Shown here piece by piece: positions 38,342 through 49,413 of a stretch of DNA of 64,000 bases (position 1 is the stretch's first letter; each line of letters opens with the position of its first letter). The translations under genes were made by a program, and so were the position numbers. The notes beneath the pieces are model-generated. The model ran no database searches. It was not told the DNA's origin and saw only the letters and a list, made by a program, of their open reading frames with translations. The stretch comes from Verrucomicrobiota bacterium (GTDB lineage: Bacteria; Verrucomicrobiota; Verrucomicrobiia; Opitutales; Cerasicoccaceae), in NCBI GenBank assembly GCA_039818205.1, contig JBCBUK010000012.1, positions 1-64,000 of the forward strand, given 5' to 3'.

Positions 38342-38549
38342 GACGTTAAAAATATTTCTTGATACGGAAAACTGGACCTTAACGAGCTAAACTCAAGCAA
38401 ATTCGCGTCCAGGGCACAAGGCCTACCGGCAACAAAAACGTCAGCCGACCACATATTTACGCCTAAATAAAGTTTATTCCTGACTGTCTACCAGCACGGT
38501 GATAACGTTCATACCAAATATTTCCTAACCTGCCGTTCAAGAATACGAT

Positions 38550-39473
38550 ATGCCCGAGCCCGCTGATCCGATAGCGAACAAAGCGCCGGAGCCCAAAGTC
38601 GATTGGCCAATCATGCTGGCGACCTATTTGGGCGCTGCTCTCGTGTTCTACCCGCTGGCTCGGTGGGTTTTTAAGGCTACGGAGTCTAGCGAGCAACTGC
38701 TTCATGCCCTTATCGTACTCGCGGCAGCTGGTCTCTTCCTGATCACGGAAAAGCGCCAGCGACTCCGCCTGGTGCTCGATCATGACCGCAGTAGCCTAAT
38801 TCTTCTGGCCAGCTCATTCTTATTGGTCAGCACCACGCTACTTTTCCCTTACCCGAGCGAGGATTCTGGCGTGAATATGCTCAAAGCGGTGATTCTGCTC
38901 ATCGCTTTCGGGTTAACCTTGGCCTCCTTGGTCCGCTTCACACTCGGCCCCGAAGTATCACGGACCGCCCGAGGGCTCATCGTCGCATTCACCATTTTCA
39001 TGCTCCTTGCCCTCGTCCTGCCGCTGCTGGACTGGCCTCTGAGAGAGGTTGCCGGCAAGCTCTCCCTCAACGCCCTGGGCCTTATCGGCTATGGCGGGAA
39101 ACTCACCCTCGCCTACACGCCCGCTCCGGAGCTTATCCTCTCGATTAAGGGCCGGCCATTCATCGTAGCCGCCGAATGCAACGGATTTGGCCTTCTTTCG
39201 TCATCCATCCTTCTGACCATCTTATTGGTAATTTATCGCCGCCTGAAAGCCCTGGACGTTGGCCTTGTTCTCCTGCTCGCAATCATAACCGCATTCGTGG
39301 GCAACACCCTCCGCATAATGGTCATCATACTGCTAGCTCCGAACGTTGAAAATTATATGCTTATGCATGAGATCGTGGGCTTGATTTTCTTCTACGGTAC
39401 CCTCGGATTTCTTTGGTGGTTTATCTACGGTTTCAATAAAGGAAAATCGCTTGCCGGCCCGGTAAAATCTTAG
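38550..39473 (+). CDS. Exosortase/archaeosortase family protein
   Basis: Multi-TM; VAAECNG (Cys), GNTLRI (Arg), MHEIVG (His). Confidence 0.8.
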   Translation: MPEPADPIANKAPEPKVDWPIMLATYLGAALVFYPLARWVFKATESSEQLLHALIVLAAAGLFLITEKRQRLRLVLDHDRSSLILLASSFLLVSTTLLFPYPSEDSGVNMLKAVILLIAFGLTLASLVRFTLGPEVSRTARGLIVAFTIFMLLALVLPLLDWPLREVAGKLSLNALGLIGYGGKLTLAYTPAPELILSIKGRPFIVAAECNGFGLLSSSILLTILLVIYRRLKALDVGLVLLLAIITAFVGNTLRIMVIILLAPNVENYMLMHEIVGLIFFYGTLGFLWWFIYGFNKGKSLAGPVKS

Positions 39474-39507
39474 CTTCCGGCGACCAAAATAGCGGCTTCC
39501 AGAGGGT

Positions 39508-39520
39508 GAGACTCAGTCTC
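39508..39520. promoter_or_regulatory. Palindrome GAGACT-C-AGTCTC upstream of sdhCAB
   Basis: Perfect 6-1-6 inverted repeat ~150 bp upstream of sdhC. Confidence 0.4.
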
Positions 39521-39670
39521 CATTTTGCTCATTAATCCCGTTAATTCAACCTACTTATAAAGCTCCAATTATAACCGGGATTTATTGAAATAACCAACGG
39601 TTTTAACAACGTCTACTTGAGCTCACCTAATGATTTACATCCGTAGATCTTACGAACCGCATTAACCATC

Positions 39671-40447
39671 ATGAGCGCGACTCAAAAACCACGCATCCCT
39701 TCGCTCTTAAAAAAATACCTGATGGCCCTGTCCGGACTGGTCCTCGTGTTGTTCGTTCTCGGGCACATGATCGGCAATCTCCAGTTTTTCGCAGGTCCTG
39801 AAGTTATCAACGCATACGCCTATCATCTGCATCACTTGCCCGGAAATCCGGTTTCGTTGTGGTTGATTCGCCTGGTCCTCCTCGCAACCCTGCTGATCCA
39901 TGTTTGGATGGCGGTATTGCTCACGAAGGAAAATCGCGAAGCGCGTCCGGACACCTACCTGGACCAAAAAACGAGCGTCGCCACCTATGCCTCGCGGACA
40001 ATGCCCATTTCTGGTGTTCTCATTCTCGCGTTCATCGTATTTCACATTTTGCAGTTCACGGTTCGCGTGGTTCCGGAGCATTACGACAAGACCATTGGTG
40101 AATCGAGCATCGAGGTTGGCCACGTGCCACTCGAGTATTTTGATGTATTTGCGATGATGGTTGCTGGCTTCTCGAGCCCGCTGATTTCCTTGTTCTACAT
40201 CGTCACGATGGGTCTGCTCTGCATGCACCTGACCCACGGCGTTTCCTCGATGTTCCAATCGGTCGGCCTCCGCAACGAGTCCTGGCGCCCGAAGCTGAAG
40301 GCCGCCGCACTCGCCTATGGCTGGATCATCTTCCTTGGTTTCGCTTCGATCCCAGCCGCGGTGCTCGCTGGATTTGGCAAGGACTACCTAGCCGACAAAG
40401 AAGCCCAGTGGAGAGCCGCTGCCGCTGTAACCACTCAAAGTCACTAA
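39671..40447 (+). CDS. sdhC: Succinate dehydrogenase cytochrome b subunit
   Basis: KKYLMALSG, HMIGNL, conserved TM His residues, HLTHG..SMFQS.G. Confidence 0.92.
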   Translation: MSATQKPRIPSLLKKYLMALSGLVLVLFVLGHMIGNLQFFAGPEVINAYAYHLHHLPGNPVSLWLIRLVLLATLLIHVWMAVLLTKENREARPDTYLDQKTSVATYASRTMPISGVLILAFIVFHILQFTVRVVPEHYDKTIGESSIEVGHVPLEYFDVFAMMVAGFSSPLISLFYIVTMGLLCMHLTHGVSSMFQSVGLRNESWRPKLKAAALAYGWIIFLGFASIPAAVLAGFGKDYLADKEAQWRAAAAVTTQSH

Positions 40448-40468
40448 CCGTTCAATTTGATCACAGCC

Positions 40469-42448
40469 ATGGAACTCAATTCCAACATCCCTGACGGCCC
40501 AATGGCCGAAAAATGGTCTTCACATAAGACCAAGATTAAGCTGGTAAATCCCTCCAATCGTCGGAAATACCATGTGATCATCGTCGGCTCCGGGCTAGCC
40601 GGCGCGTCCGCTGCCGCATCGTTGGCAGAGATGGGCTATCAGGTCTCCTGCTTTTGTTATCAGGACAGCCCGCGCCGCGCCCACTCGATCGCCGCCCAGG
40701 GCGGGATCAACGCCGCGAAAAATTACCAGAACGACGGCGACAGCATTTATCGCCTGTTCTACGATACCGTGAAAGGTGGAGACTTCCGCTCCCGAGAAGC
40801 CAACGTCCACCGCCTAGCCGAAGTCTCAGTCAACATCATCGACCAGATGGTGGCACAAGGCGTGCCATTCGCCCGTGAATATGGCGGCTTGCTCGACAAC
40901 CGCTCATTCGGTGGTGCCCAACTTTCCCGAACCTTTTACGCTCGCGGCCAAACCGGCCAGCAGCTCCTCCTCGGTGCTTATCAACAGCTCTCGAAGCAAA
41001 TTGGACTGGGCGCTGTTAAAATGTATAACCGCCACGAGATGCTCGAGGTGGTATTGGTCGATGGCCACGCCAAAGGCATCATCACCCGTAACTTGGTCAA
41101 CGGCAAGATCGAGCGCTGGGCCGCCGATACCGTCGTGCTGGCAACGGGCGGTTACGGCAACGTGTTCTTCCTCTCGACCAATGCTCAGGGCTGCAACGTC
41201 ACCGCTGCCTACCGGGCCTACAAGAAGGGCGCTGGCTTCGCCAACCCTTGCTACACTCAAATTCACCCGACCTGCATCCCGGTTCACGGTGATCAGCAGT
41301 CGAAACTAACCCTCATGTCCGAGTCCCTCCGCAACGATGGACGCATCTGGGTGCCCAAGGACAAGGCTGCGGCAGAGAAGATTCGCAAGGGTGAGCTCAA
41401 TCCAAATGACGTCGCCGAGGACGATCGCGACTACTATCTGGAGCGAAAGTACCCAAGCTTCGGCAACCTCGCACCCCGTGACATTTCTTCCCGCTCAGCG
41501 AAGGAAGTGTGCGACGAAGGACTTGGGGTAGCCACTTCCGGCTTGGGAGTCTTCCTTGATTTCCGAGACTCAATTAACCGTCTCGGCAAGGACGTGATTG
41601 CCCAACGCTACGGAAATCTCTTCGACATGTATCAGTGCATCACGGGGGACAATCCATATGAGACCCCGATGATGATCTACCCTGCGGTTCACTACACCAT
41701 GGGTGGCCTTTGGGTGGACTACAATTTGGAGAGCAACATCCCCGGGCTGTTTGTGGCTGGCGAAGCCAACTTCTCGGACCACGGTGCCAACCGGCTTGGA
41801 GCATCCGCGCTCATGCAAGGTCTGGCCGACGGCTATTTCGTTTTGCCCTACACCGTTGGTCACTATCTGGGCCGACAAGGCATTGCCAAGGCTGGCGAAA
41901 TTAAGTCTGACCACCCAGCTTTTGATGACGCCGAAAAAGCCGTTCGCGAACGCATCGACAAGCTCTTGTCCATCAAGGGTGACGAAAGCCCGCGTAGCTT
42001 CCACCAACGACTCGGAAAAATCGTTTGGGACAAGTGCGGCATGGCTCGCAGCAAAGAAGGTCTCGAAGAAGCGATCAAAGATATCCAAGACCTCCGTAAG
42101 GAATTCTGGACCCGCGTCCGTGTCCTTGGTGACGGTGATGAGCTCAACCAGGAGCTCGAACGCGCAGGCCGCGTCGCTGACTTCCTTGAGTTTGGCGAAC
42201 TCCTTTGCCGCGACGCTCTCATGCGTGAGGAATCGTGCGGCGGTCACTTCCGCACCGAGCACCAATACACTCAAGAAGACGAGGAAGTGCAAAGCGGCTT
42301 CCTCTCCGAAGGCGAAGCAAAACGGCACGACGACAAATACAACTTCGTCGGTGTTTGGGAATACCAAGGCGATGACGTGGAGCCCAAACTCAATCAGGAA
42401 TCCCTCGTCTACGAGGAAATCGAAATGGCCACTCGCAGCTACAAATAA
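40469..42448 (+). CDS. sdhA: Succinate dehydrogenase/fumarate reductase flavoprotein
   Basis: [41 protein letters not shown]. Confidence 0.96.
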   Translation: MELNSNIPDGPMAEKWSSHKTKIKLVNPSNRRKYHVIIVGSGLAGASAAASLAEMGYQVSCFCYQDSPRRAHSIAAQGGINAAKNYQNDGDSIYRLFYDTVKGGDFRSREANVHRLAEVSVNIIDQMVAQGVPFAREYGGLLDNRSFGGAQLSRTFYARGQTGQQLLLGAYQQLSKQIGLGAVKMYNRHEMLEVVLVDGHAKGIITRNLVNGKIERWAADTVVLATGGYGNVFFLSTNAQGCNVTAAYRAYKKGAGFANPCYTQIHPTCIPVHGDQQSKLTLMSESLRNDGRIWVPKDKAAAEKIRKGELNPNDVAEDDRDYYLERKYPSFGNLAPRDISSRSAKEVCDEGLGVATSGLGVFLDFRDSINRLGKDVIAQRYGNLFDMYQCITGDNPYETPMMIYPAVHYTMGGLWVDYNLESNIPGLFVAGEANFSDHGANRLGASALMQGLADGYFVLPYTVGHYLGRQGIAKAGEIKSDHPAFDDAEKAVRERIDKLLSIKGDESPRSFHQRLGKIVWDKCGMARSKEGLEEAIKDIQDLRKEFWTRVRVLGDGDELNQELERAGRVADFLEFGELLCRDALMREESCGGHFRTEHQYTQEDEEVQSGFLSEGEAKRHDDKYNFVGVWEYQGDDVEPKLNQESLVYEEIEMATRSYK

Positions 42449-42508
42449 CCGCTCTGAGTCAGTAGACAGCCTAACCAATTCAACTTATCTTTAGAAAGAT
42501 TCTCCGAC

Positions 42509-43270
42509 ATGCACTTACATCTTAAAATCTGGAGACAAAAAAACGGTGACGAGTCGGGCAAGTTCGTGAGCTACGAACTACCCGAAGTCGATGAAGGTTC
42601 CTCCTTCCTCGAAATGCTCGACATCATGAACGAGCAATTGGTCGAAAAGGGTGAGCCACCCGTCGCCTTCGACCACGATTGCCGCGAAGGTATTTGCGGA
42701 ATGTGCTCGCTGGTGATCAATGGCGAGGCCCACGGGCCCGAACGCGCCACGACGGCCTGCCAATTGCATATGCGCCATTTCAACGATGGAGACACCATCA
42801 CCATCGAACCGTGGCGCGCAAAAGCATTCCCCGTCGTCAAAGACCTCGTGGTCGATCGCACCGCATTTGACAAGGTGATTCAGGCCGGCGGCTTCATCAC
42901 TGCGCGCACGGGATCAGCTCCCGACGCCAACGAAATTCCGATCCCGAAGCCAGTCGCCGATCACGCCATGGATGGCGCGGCTTGCATCGGTTGTGGCGCC
43001 TGTGTCGCTGCCTGCCCAAACGGCTCAGCCATGCTCTTCACTTCCGCCAAGGTAGGCCACCTAAACAGCCTTCCCCAGGGACAGGCCGAGAAGTATTCGC
43101 GAGTAACCAAAATGGTGGACGCCATGGATACCGCTGGTTTCGGCAACTGCACCAACTACGGCGAATGCCAGGCCGTTTGCCCGAAGGAGATCACCTTGGA
43201 CTTCATCGCCAAGATGAATCGCGACTACGCAGTCGCCCGCATCAAAAATTTCTTCAACAAGGCCAGCTAA
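42509..43270 (+). CDS. sdhB: Succinate dehydrogenase iron-sulfur subunit
   Basis: [33 protein letters not shown]. Confidence 0.96.
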   Translation: MHLHLKIWRQKNGDESGKFVSYELPEVDEGSSFLEMLDIMNEQLVEKGEPPVAFDHDCREGICGMCSLVINGEAHGPERATTACQLHMRHFNDGDTITIEPWRAKAFPVVKDLVVDRTAFDKVIQAGGFITARTGSAPDANEIPIPKPVADHAMDGAACIGCGACVAACPNGSAMLFTSAKVGHLNSLPQGQAEKYSRVTKMVDAMDTAGFGNCTNYGECQAVCPKEITLDFIAKMNRDYAVARIKNFFNKAS

Positions 43271-43343
43271 CACCCTGAGCTTGCATCTCAGATTTATCGC
43301 AGTGCGATAAACGCTAGGCAACCGGTCGTTAATCTGAATTTTG

Positions 43344-43375
43344 AGCACCAACGTTACCCGCGTTGGTGCTTTTTT
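43344..43375 (+). terminator. Intrinsic terminator of sdhCAB
   Basis: AGCACCAACG-TTACCCG-CGTTGGTGCT-TTTTT. Confidence 0.85.
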
Positions 43376-43446
43376 GTAAGCGGTCATTGCTGCGAAAAAC
43401 ATTTGGCTCGCCATCGGGGCTCGGGGTTTCCTAGCGTGATCCGCTT

Positions 43447-44799
43447 ATGTTGGAGTCATTGACCGATCGCATGACCCACGCGATGCGCAATTTGCGCGGT
43501 GTTGGGAAGTTGTCCGAAGAGAACATGGCCGAGGCCTTGAAGGAGGTTCGGACTGCTCTGCTGTCGGCGGATGTTCATTTTAAGGTCGCCCGCCAGTTCA
43601 TCGAAAACGTCAAGACCGAGGCCACCGGCCAAGATGTTCTGAAATCGGTCACGCCTGGTCAGCAGATTATCAAAATCATCAACGACGAGCTCGTAAAGCT
43701 CCTCGGCGAAGGCAGCACTCAGCTTACTGACAAAAAGCCGCTGCGCATCATGATGGTCGGTCTGCATGGTGCTGGTAAGACAACAACCACCGTCAAACTG
43801 GCCAAGCGCCTGGCGAAAAATGGCTACAAGCCAGCAATGATTGCCTGCGACGTGTATCGCCCGGCGGCGATTGATCAGCTGCAGACCCTGGGCGAGCGCG
43901 AGGAGATCCCCGTCTACACTGATCGCGACTCCAAGGACGTCCCCAAGATCGGTAAAGCGGGCTTAAAGTGGGCTAAAGAACAAGAACGCGACCTCATTAT
44001 TTTTGACACCGCTGGTCGCCTCCAAATCGACGAGGATTTAGTGCAGGAAATCGTCCGCCTGAAAAAGGAGATCCAGCCGGATGAAGTCCTGCTAGTTGCC
44101 GACTCGGCACTCGGTCAAGAAGCGGTCAACGTCGCCAAACACTTTCACGAAGCTGTCGACCTGACGGGCATCGTCTTGACCAAGCTCGATGGTGACGCCC
44201 GCGGTGGTGCCGCCCTCTCCATGAAGACGATGACCGGAGCCCCCATTAAGTTCATGGGCACCGGTGAAAAGGTCGACGACTTCGATGTCTTCCACCCCGA
44301 CCGGATGGCTCAGCGCATCTTGGGTATGGGCGACGTGGTCTCCCTCGTCGAAAAGGCTCAGGAAAACATCGATCAGGATGAGGCCGCACGCCTGGCCGAG
44401 AAGATGAAAAAGGCGGACTTCGATTTCGAAGACTTTCTCGCACAGATGCGCCAAATCAAGAAAATGGGATCCATTGGTGGCCTGATGAAGATGCTTCCTG
44501 GCGCCCATGATCTGGAAATCGGTGATGAGCAAGAGGACCAGCTGAAGCGCACTGAGGCTATCATTCTATCAATGACTCCCAAGGAACGGCGCAGCCCACA
44601 AATCATCAACGGCAGTCGCCGAAAGCGCATTGCCAATGGGTCGGGCGTCGAAGTGCGTGACGTCAACCAACTGATTAAGCAGTTTGGCCAGATGCGCAAA
44701 ATGATGAAGATGATGAAGGGTGCAAAAGGCCGTAAGCAGATGGCCAAGATGGCTAAGCAAATGGGCGGCGGCGGCGGCCTTGGCCTCCCGGGAATGTAA
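43447..44799 (+). CDS. ffh: Signal recognition particle protein
   Basis: [24 protein letters not shown], Met-rich M domain. Confidence 0.97.
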   Translation: MLESLTDRMTHAMRNLRGVGKLSEENMAEALKEVRTALLSADVHFKVARQFIENVKTEATGQDVLKSVTPGQQIIKIINDELVKLLGEGSTQLTDKKPLRIMMVGLHGAGKTTTTVKLAKRLAKNGYKPAMIACDVYRPAAIDQLQTLGEREEIPVYTDRDSKDVPKIGKAGLKWAKEQERDLIIFDTAGRLQIDEDLVQEIVRLKKEIQPDEVLLVADSALGQEAVNVAKHFHEAVDLTGIVLTKLDGDARGGAALSMKTMTGAPIKFMGTGEKVDDFDVFHPDRMAQRILGMGDVVSLVEKAQENIDQDEAARLAEKMKKADFDFEDFLAQMRQIKKMGSIGGLMKMLPGAHDLEIGDEQEDQLKRTEAIILSMTPKERRSPQIINGSRRKRIANGSGVEVRDVNQLIKQFGQMRKMMKMMKGAKGRKQMAKMAKQMGGGGGLGLPGM

Positions 44800-44804
44800 C
44801 TCGG

Positions 44805-45221
44805 TCAATTGGGTGACTCCGATTCTTCCCGTGGCTCGTTCGCGTGGCGCTCCATCCACCAACCAATCAAGGGAAACTGGATCCAGAACGAGAAATAGAA
44901 GATGGTCAGATACCAAAACGGGATGACAAACCCAATCCCCAAGCCCCATCCAATTGCGAGGAGTACGTAGTCATACACGAAGAGCGGAAGGGTCAGATAA
45001 AGGGCAAGCCACAGGGAGTTGCGGAGGTGGCGACCATCTTTCCAGTATCGTCTCAGCGTATAGGCCGTAATCGGGAAATAGACCGCGGTCACAAAAACCA
45101 CGACGACAACCTTCGCCCAATCCGGCCATTGCTGGTAGTATTTCGGCAGACCAATCAGGTAGAAGGTTAGCCAAGTTAGGAAGCTGTAAACAAGCAGCTG
45201 AATATGCTTTTTCGGCGACAT
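44805..45221 (-). CDS. Hypothetical membrane protein (4 TM)
   Basis: 138-aa hydrophobic ORF filling the gap. Confidence 0.65.
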   Translation of the reverse strand: MSPKKHIQLLVYSFLTWLTFYLIGLPKYYQQWPDWAKVVVVVFVTAVYFPITAYTLRRYWKDGRHLRNSLWLALYLTLPLFVYDYVLLAIGWGLGIGFVIPFWYLTIFYFSFWIQFPLIGWWMERHANEPREESESPN

Positions 45222-45270
45222 CGATCAGTTGACGCTATCAAAGCAGCAGAAACCAACGGTTTCAATATCT

Positions 45271-45939
45271 CTAGTGCCAGCGGATGTCTAAATCATGGAG
45301 GCGGATCAGCGGCTCGCCATCATCGTCCTCCGCGCCAGGCTCTTCGATACCCGTTTCGACCGGCTGAGGCGCCGGCTTGTTGGGATCCTCCAGCTCGCCC
45401 TTCGACGCGAGAACTTCTAACAACGCATCGTAGGCACCTGGCTGAGAGAAAATATAGAATCCAGAAATCCGGGGATCGGTTCCCACCGGATAGCCAATCG
45501 GATCTCCGAGCGGCCAAACCGCGTCGTACGGGTGATCCACCATGTCGACGACCGCCTCTAGATTGTCGATGGTGAATCCTCGCTCATTGAGATCAGCCTC
45601 CATGGACTCCAAAACCTTAACCGAACGCACCGTCGCAACGCGGTTCTCGCCAGATTTCTTTCCCGCGATGTAAAAGGCAACGCGGAAGCGGATGATCGCT
45701 CCATCCGCACTCGCCCCCATGAAGACTTCCTCGTCATCGATAAAAGCCTCACGCGTCACATCCAAGCGCCAGGCATCGCGTTCAATCGCGTGCGGACGGC
45801 GGTTATCAATGGAGAGCGCATTGAGCGTATCGTAGCTCTCGCCCTTGTATTCGAAGTCTTGCACCGAGTGGCACCCGGTAAACAACGCGCTAATGACGAT
45901 TCCAGATGCGAGGCTCAAGCGGAGGAATTGATTCTTCAT
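45271..45939 (-). CDS. Hypothetical lipoprotein (paralog of 45966..46631)
   Basis: Lipobox FTGC; DFEYKG...IDNRRPHAIERDAWRL. Confidence 0.75.
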   Translation of the reverse strand: MKNQFLRLSLASGIVISALFTGCHSVQDFEYKGESYDTLNALSIDNRRPHAIERDAWRLDVTREAFIDDEEVFMGASADGAIIRFRVAFYIAGKKSGENRVATVRSVKVLESMEADLNERGFTIDNLEAVVDMVDHPYDAVWPLGDPIGYPVGTDPRISGFYIFSQPGAYDALLEVLASKGELEDPNKPAPQPVETGIEEPGAEDDDGEPLIRLHDLDIRWH

Positions 45940-45965
45940 AACCGATTAATTTCCAAATATTTCCG

Positions 45966-46631
45966 TTAATAGTGCCACTTGATGAAGTCGCCCCAGCCGC
46001 CCGAGGATTCCTCCGCAGCTTCACCTTCTTCAACGACCTCAACCGCCTCAACCGATTCGACAGCTTTATCTTCGCCAACCGACTCCACGATGACTTCCTC
46101 TTCAATTACGATAGGCTCCATGTCGCCAAGCGATTCCAGAAGCGCGTCGTAGGCGCCCTCTTTCGCGAATAAGTAAAATCCAACAACGCGGGTGCGTCCG
46201 CCAACGGTGTAGCCAATGACATTAGCGCCCGTAACAATGGCGACTCGGCGGGTTACGATAAATCCATCCTCCTTCAGCAACTGGACGATCTTGTCCATCA
46301 CCTTGGTCGTGCGTTCGGTGGTATTTTCGGTCCACTTAGATTTCTCGCCGAACATGTGAAATTCCATCCGGAAAACGATCATCGAGCCGTCCTCACTGGC
46401 CCCAATCGTTATGTCCTCGCCCTCTAGAACCGCGTGGCGATCCGGCCCAAGGCGCCAGGCATCGCGTTCGATCGGAAATGGGCGCCGACTATCGATCGTG
46501 ATGTTATCAACCGTCGAGTAGGTCTGGCCCTTATACTCAAAATCACGGCTGGAAGTACATCCAGCCAACAGGGCTAAAAGCAGCACAATGAGCGAATTTC
46601 CCGCGCAACGGTGAATGTCAGAACGTTTCAT
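45966..46631 (-). CDS. Hypothetical lipoprotein (paralog of 45271..45939)
   Basis: Lipobox LAGC; DFEYKG...IDSRRPFPIERDAWRL. Confidence 0.75.
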   Translation of the reverse strand: MKRSDIHRCAGNSLIVLLLALLAGCTSSRDFEYKGQTYSTVDNITIDSRRPFPIERDAWRLGPDRHAVLEGEDITIGASEDGSMIVFRMEFHMFGEKSKWTENTTERTTKVMDKIVQLLKEDGFIVTRRVAIVTGANVIGYTVGGRTRVVGFYLFAKEGAYDALLESLGDMEPIVIEEEVIVESVGEDKAVESVEAVEVVEEGEAAEESSGGWGDFIKWHY

Positions 46632-46735
46632 AGCGGATGTGCGTTTAGCAGCTATACTGCTGAGATCAAAGGCGAAAGCTTTCTCTTAACACAAACGTCA
46701 CACGACGATCATATACAGCATCGCAGCTTGCGTGA

Positions 46736-47764
46736 TCAGGGATCAAACAAGTCCTTCTGCGGCGGATCCACGTCCGCCTCCATCATTACGTCATCGTGCT
46801 TGTGTAGATGGCGAGGTGGCTTCTTTACCCGCAAGGCGAGCGCAGCCTCACCCTCATCCGCTAGGCGGTCACAAATTCGACGGACCTGCATCTTCAGCCA
46901 GCGAGTGGTTTGAGACTTTGCAGTGTAGTCGGCTGGGCCGTAGCTGTCGACCCGGGCATCCTGCTGCAGTTGGTCGTTCTGCAAAAACTCACTCTCGCTC
47001 TCCGGATCATAAACCGCGTAGGTTTTGCCACCATTGCGCCTCACCACAGAAAAAACGGGTACATCGCTCGGACCGTCCGCGACATAGATCATGTTCTCAA
47101 TCGGCACTCGCCGATCCTCGTGAAGCATCTTCGCGTTGACGTCGATATCGGCGTTTTTATTCGAGCCCTTGTTAATCTCAAAAATATACCGGGTTTTGAT
47201 GGTGTTATCGACCATTGAGCCAATTTGCCCGATCTCAAACTCCATCGGAATCTCGAGCTCATCTTGCTGCAGAAAATGCGGGGGCAAAGGAGTTTCGATA
47301 AACTCACAGCCAAAGACGCCGTCCACTTCCGGCGCGATTTTGCTTCCCCGGATCATCTCCGTCAGGCCGGTACTCACGATATAGTGCTCCAAGACAATAT
47401 CGTGCTTTGAGTAGCGCTCCTCCGACTGAGCAATCGCCTTCAAATCGCTGAACAAATCTGGAAGCCCGGGATAAAAGTTCAATTCCGCCCCCAATTCCCG
47501 CAATCGGCTATTCCTGAGCCCCTTCATCGGGCCGTTCTTCACATAGCTCAGAAGGTGGTTTAAATAGACGGTTTCCGGTGACACGCGAACGCCTCGCTCA
47601 GCATAAACTGATGGTAGGGTGTTGACCTCTTGCCAAAACTCCTTATCATTAACTGAAAATGCGCGAAACAAGGGCTCCTGCATGTAGCCGGGAATGAGCG
47701 TTTTATCAAAGTCCCAGATGCAGGCAACAATGCGTCGTCGATTCAGGCTGGCGTTGTTTTTCAT
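46736..47764 (-). CDS. HAD-like hydrolase
   Basis: WDFDKTL motif [14 protein letters not shown]. Confidence 0.85.
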   Translation of the reverse strand: MKNNASLNRRRIVACIWDFDKTLIPGYMQEPLFRAFSVNDKEFWQEVNTLPSVYAERGVRVSPETVYLNHLLSYVKNGPMKGLRNSRLRELGAELNFYPGLPDLFSDLKAIAQSEERYSKHDIVLEHYIVSTGLTEMIRGSKIAPEVDGVFGCEFIETPLPPHFLQQDELEIPMEFEIGQIGSMVDNTIKTRYIFEINKGSNKNADIDVNAKMLHEDRRVPIENMIYVADGPSDVPVFSVVRRNGGKTYAVYDPESESEFLQNDQLQQDARVDSYGPADYTAKSQTTRWLKMQVRRICDRLADEGEAALALRVKKPPRHLHKHDDVMMEADVDPPQKDLFDP

Positions 47765-47909
47765 TGGTAGAATATTCACCCATTGTTTTTGGCCTGAGCC
47801 AAAGGGCGAGTCTCAAAAAGCTGTTAATTATCGGAATATTTTTATGCGTGATAAGCTCTAATCGAATCCGATGTTGAAATTTCCGACAAATCCTTCTTAG
47901 ATCTCATAA

Positions 47910-49106
47910 ATGAACCGCCGCTTTGGCCAAGGGACACCGCCTCCAGGTCCACCACCAGGCCCTCGTGGACCCGGCATGGGTCCGCCTGGTCCACCTCCGC
48001 CGGTATACATTATTCCGGGTCCGCCTCCAGGCCAGCCCATGGGTCCGCCACCACGCCCGAAAGTTCCTCAGAATAACGAGCGAAAGGGGCGTTGCTTGAT
48101 CAATGAAAAGTCAGGAAAGACAACAAATTCGACCCAGGCAGAGAGCCCCAAGCCAAAAGCCACAAAAGTCAAGCATCGCACCGACCAAAAACAGGGTCTT
48201 AACCTCAATCCGCTCCTATTTTTAAGTGTCGCTGTATTGGCCCTGGGCGCGGGAGTTGGTGTCACCTACCTGCTGATCCAGCAGTGGAACATGGCCGAAA
48301 CGGGTCAGGAGCAAACAACGAGCACGGCCGAAAGCGCAAATCCCGCGTCACCAGAGGTGGCCAGCAATTCGGTTATCGTCGCACCGATTCGAGATTCGTT
48401 CCGCGAGTTGAAATCCGCAGCACTTCAACAACTCGAAGATCAAGCAACTGGAACTGAAGTTCTCCTTAGCAATATGTCGGAAGTCACGGGGATGGCGAAT
48501 ATTCGCTCATTCACCATGACCGCTTCTCAAGATTTCGGCGGACGAATCTTCGACGTTAAGATTTACGCACGCGAACCAAGCTCCATCAGAGCGACCACCT
48601 CGGACAAGACCATGAAGAACACGGTTCTTATCAATGGGCAAGCGGGGCAGATCATCTACTATAGCCACATGGCGAACGATAGCTCCAGCCGAGAACTGGA
48701 TAATTACCAGCGTGTGCGGACACTACTCGCCTACACTCCGCCTCTCGCCTTGTGGCAGATGTCGAGCAACATCGCGGCCATAGAAGATGGCGGCATAGAA
48801 TTCTTCAACGGGGCAGAATGCCAGGTGATTTTGAACGAGGGAATCACGCCTTACATGATCAAGCACTACATCGACCCGAATACCTCGCTTGAATTGGGCC
48901 GTTCAGTTGATTTCGTTGCGAACGGCACGCCTGTGACGTTAACCGTCGTTTTCGAACAGTATAGTCGCACCGGTGGCGTCTTGATGCCCCAAAAGATCAT
49001 CATTCGCGACAAAATACCGTCTATCCAGGAAACAGTGGTGGATGTCAGCGAATGGGAATTCAATCCCGGGCTGCTAAACAGCCTCTTCAAAATCGAGAAT
49101 TCCTAA
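47910..49106 (+). CDS. Pro-rich N-terminus + TM + possible LolA-like periplasmic domain
   Basis: PPPGPPPGP repeats, one TM, beta-rich C-terminal region ending GVLMPQK...EFNPGL..SLF. Confidence 0.55.
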   Translation: MNRRFGQGTPPPGPPPGPRGPGMGPPGPPPPVYIIPGPPPGQPMGPPPRPKVPQNNERKGRCLINEKSGKTTNSTQAESPKPKATKVKHRTDQKQGLNLNPLLFLSVAVLALGAGVGVTYLLIQQWNMAETGQEQTTSTAESANPASPEVASNSVIVAPIRDSFRELKSAALQQLEDQATGTEVLLSNMSEVTGMANIRSFTMTASQDFGGRIFDVKIYAREPSSIRATTSDKTMKNTVLINGQAGQIIYYSHMANDSSSRELDNYQRVRTLLAYTPPLALWQMSSNIAAIEDGGIEFFNGAECQVILNEGITPYMIKHYIDPNTSLELGRSVDFVANGTPVTLTVVFEQYSRTGGVLMPQKIIIRDKIPSIQETVVDVSEWEFNPGLLNSLFKIENS

Positions 49107-49122
49107 GGAAATCTCAAAAACG

Positions 49123-49365
49123 CTAGGCCTTCTTGGTCCGAAGCTGGTCGATCAAGGTAACGCGGAAGAGCGACAAGGCCAACCAAGCAAAGCCGGCCAT
49201 CACAACGGAGGTGTAAGCCGAGAAGAAGAAATTCCAGTGTGGCTCGTAAAATGGAACGTGCGGCGGAATAATCTTAAAACAGAAGACAAGAAACACGACA
49301 CCCGAAAGGGCGACGTCAATCAATGCGCCAAGTGGAGAGACAAGTTTGCGGTCTTCAGCTTCCAT
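49123..49365 (-). CDS. Small 2-TM hypothetical protein
   Basis: 80-aa ORF with two hydrophobic helices, same strand as the SGNH gene. Confidence 0.6.
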   Translation of the reverse strand: MEAEDRKLVSPLGALIDVALSGVVFLVFCFKIIPPHVPFYEPHWNFFFSAYTSVVMAGFAWLALSLFRVTLIDQLRTKKA

Positions 49366-49413
49366 AAGGCCCCAAATTTAGGCCGCTTGTTTCAGTCCGG
49401 TCAACGCGAAAAA

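Noticed and set aside
33778..42494. Long antisense or alternate-frame ORFs over MoxR, MBOAT and sdhA (and similar ones elsewhere)
   Set aside because: Shadows of well-supported genes in GC-rich DNA with no motifs of their own.
43293..43311. TTTATCGCA-G-TGCGATAAA palindrome after sdhB; also looked for SRP RNA near ffh
   Set aside because: Single copy with no assignable function, and no SRP RNA motif was seen.
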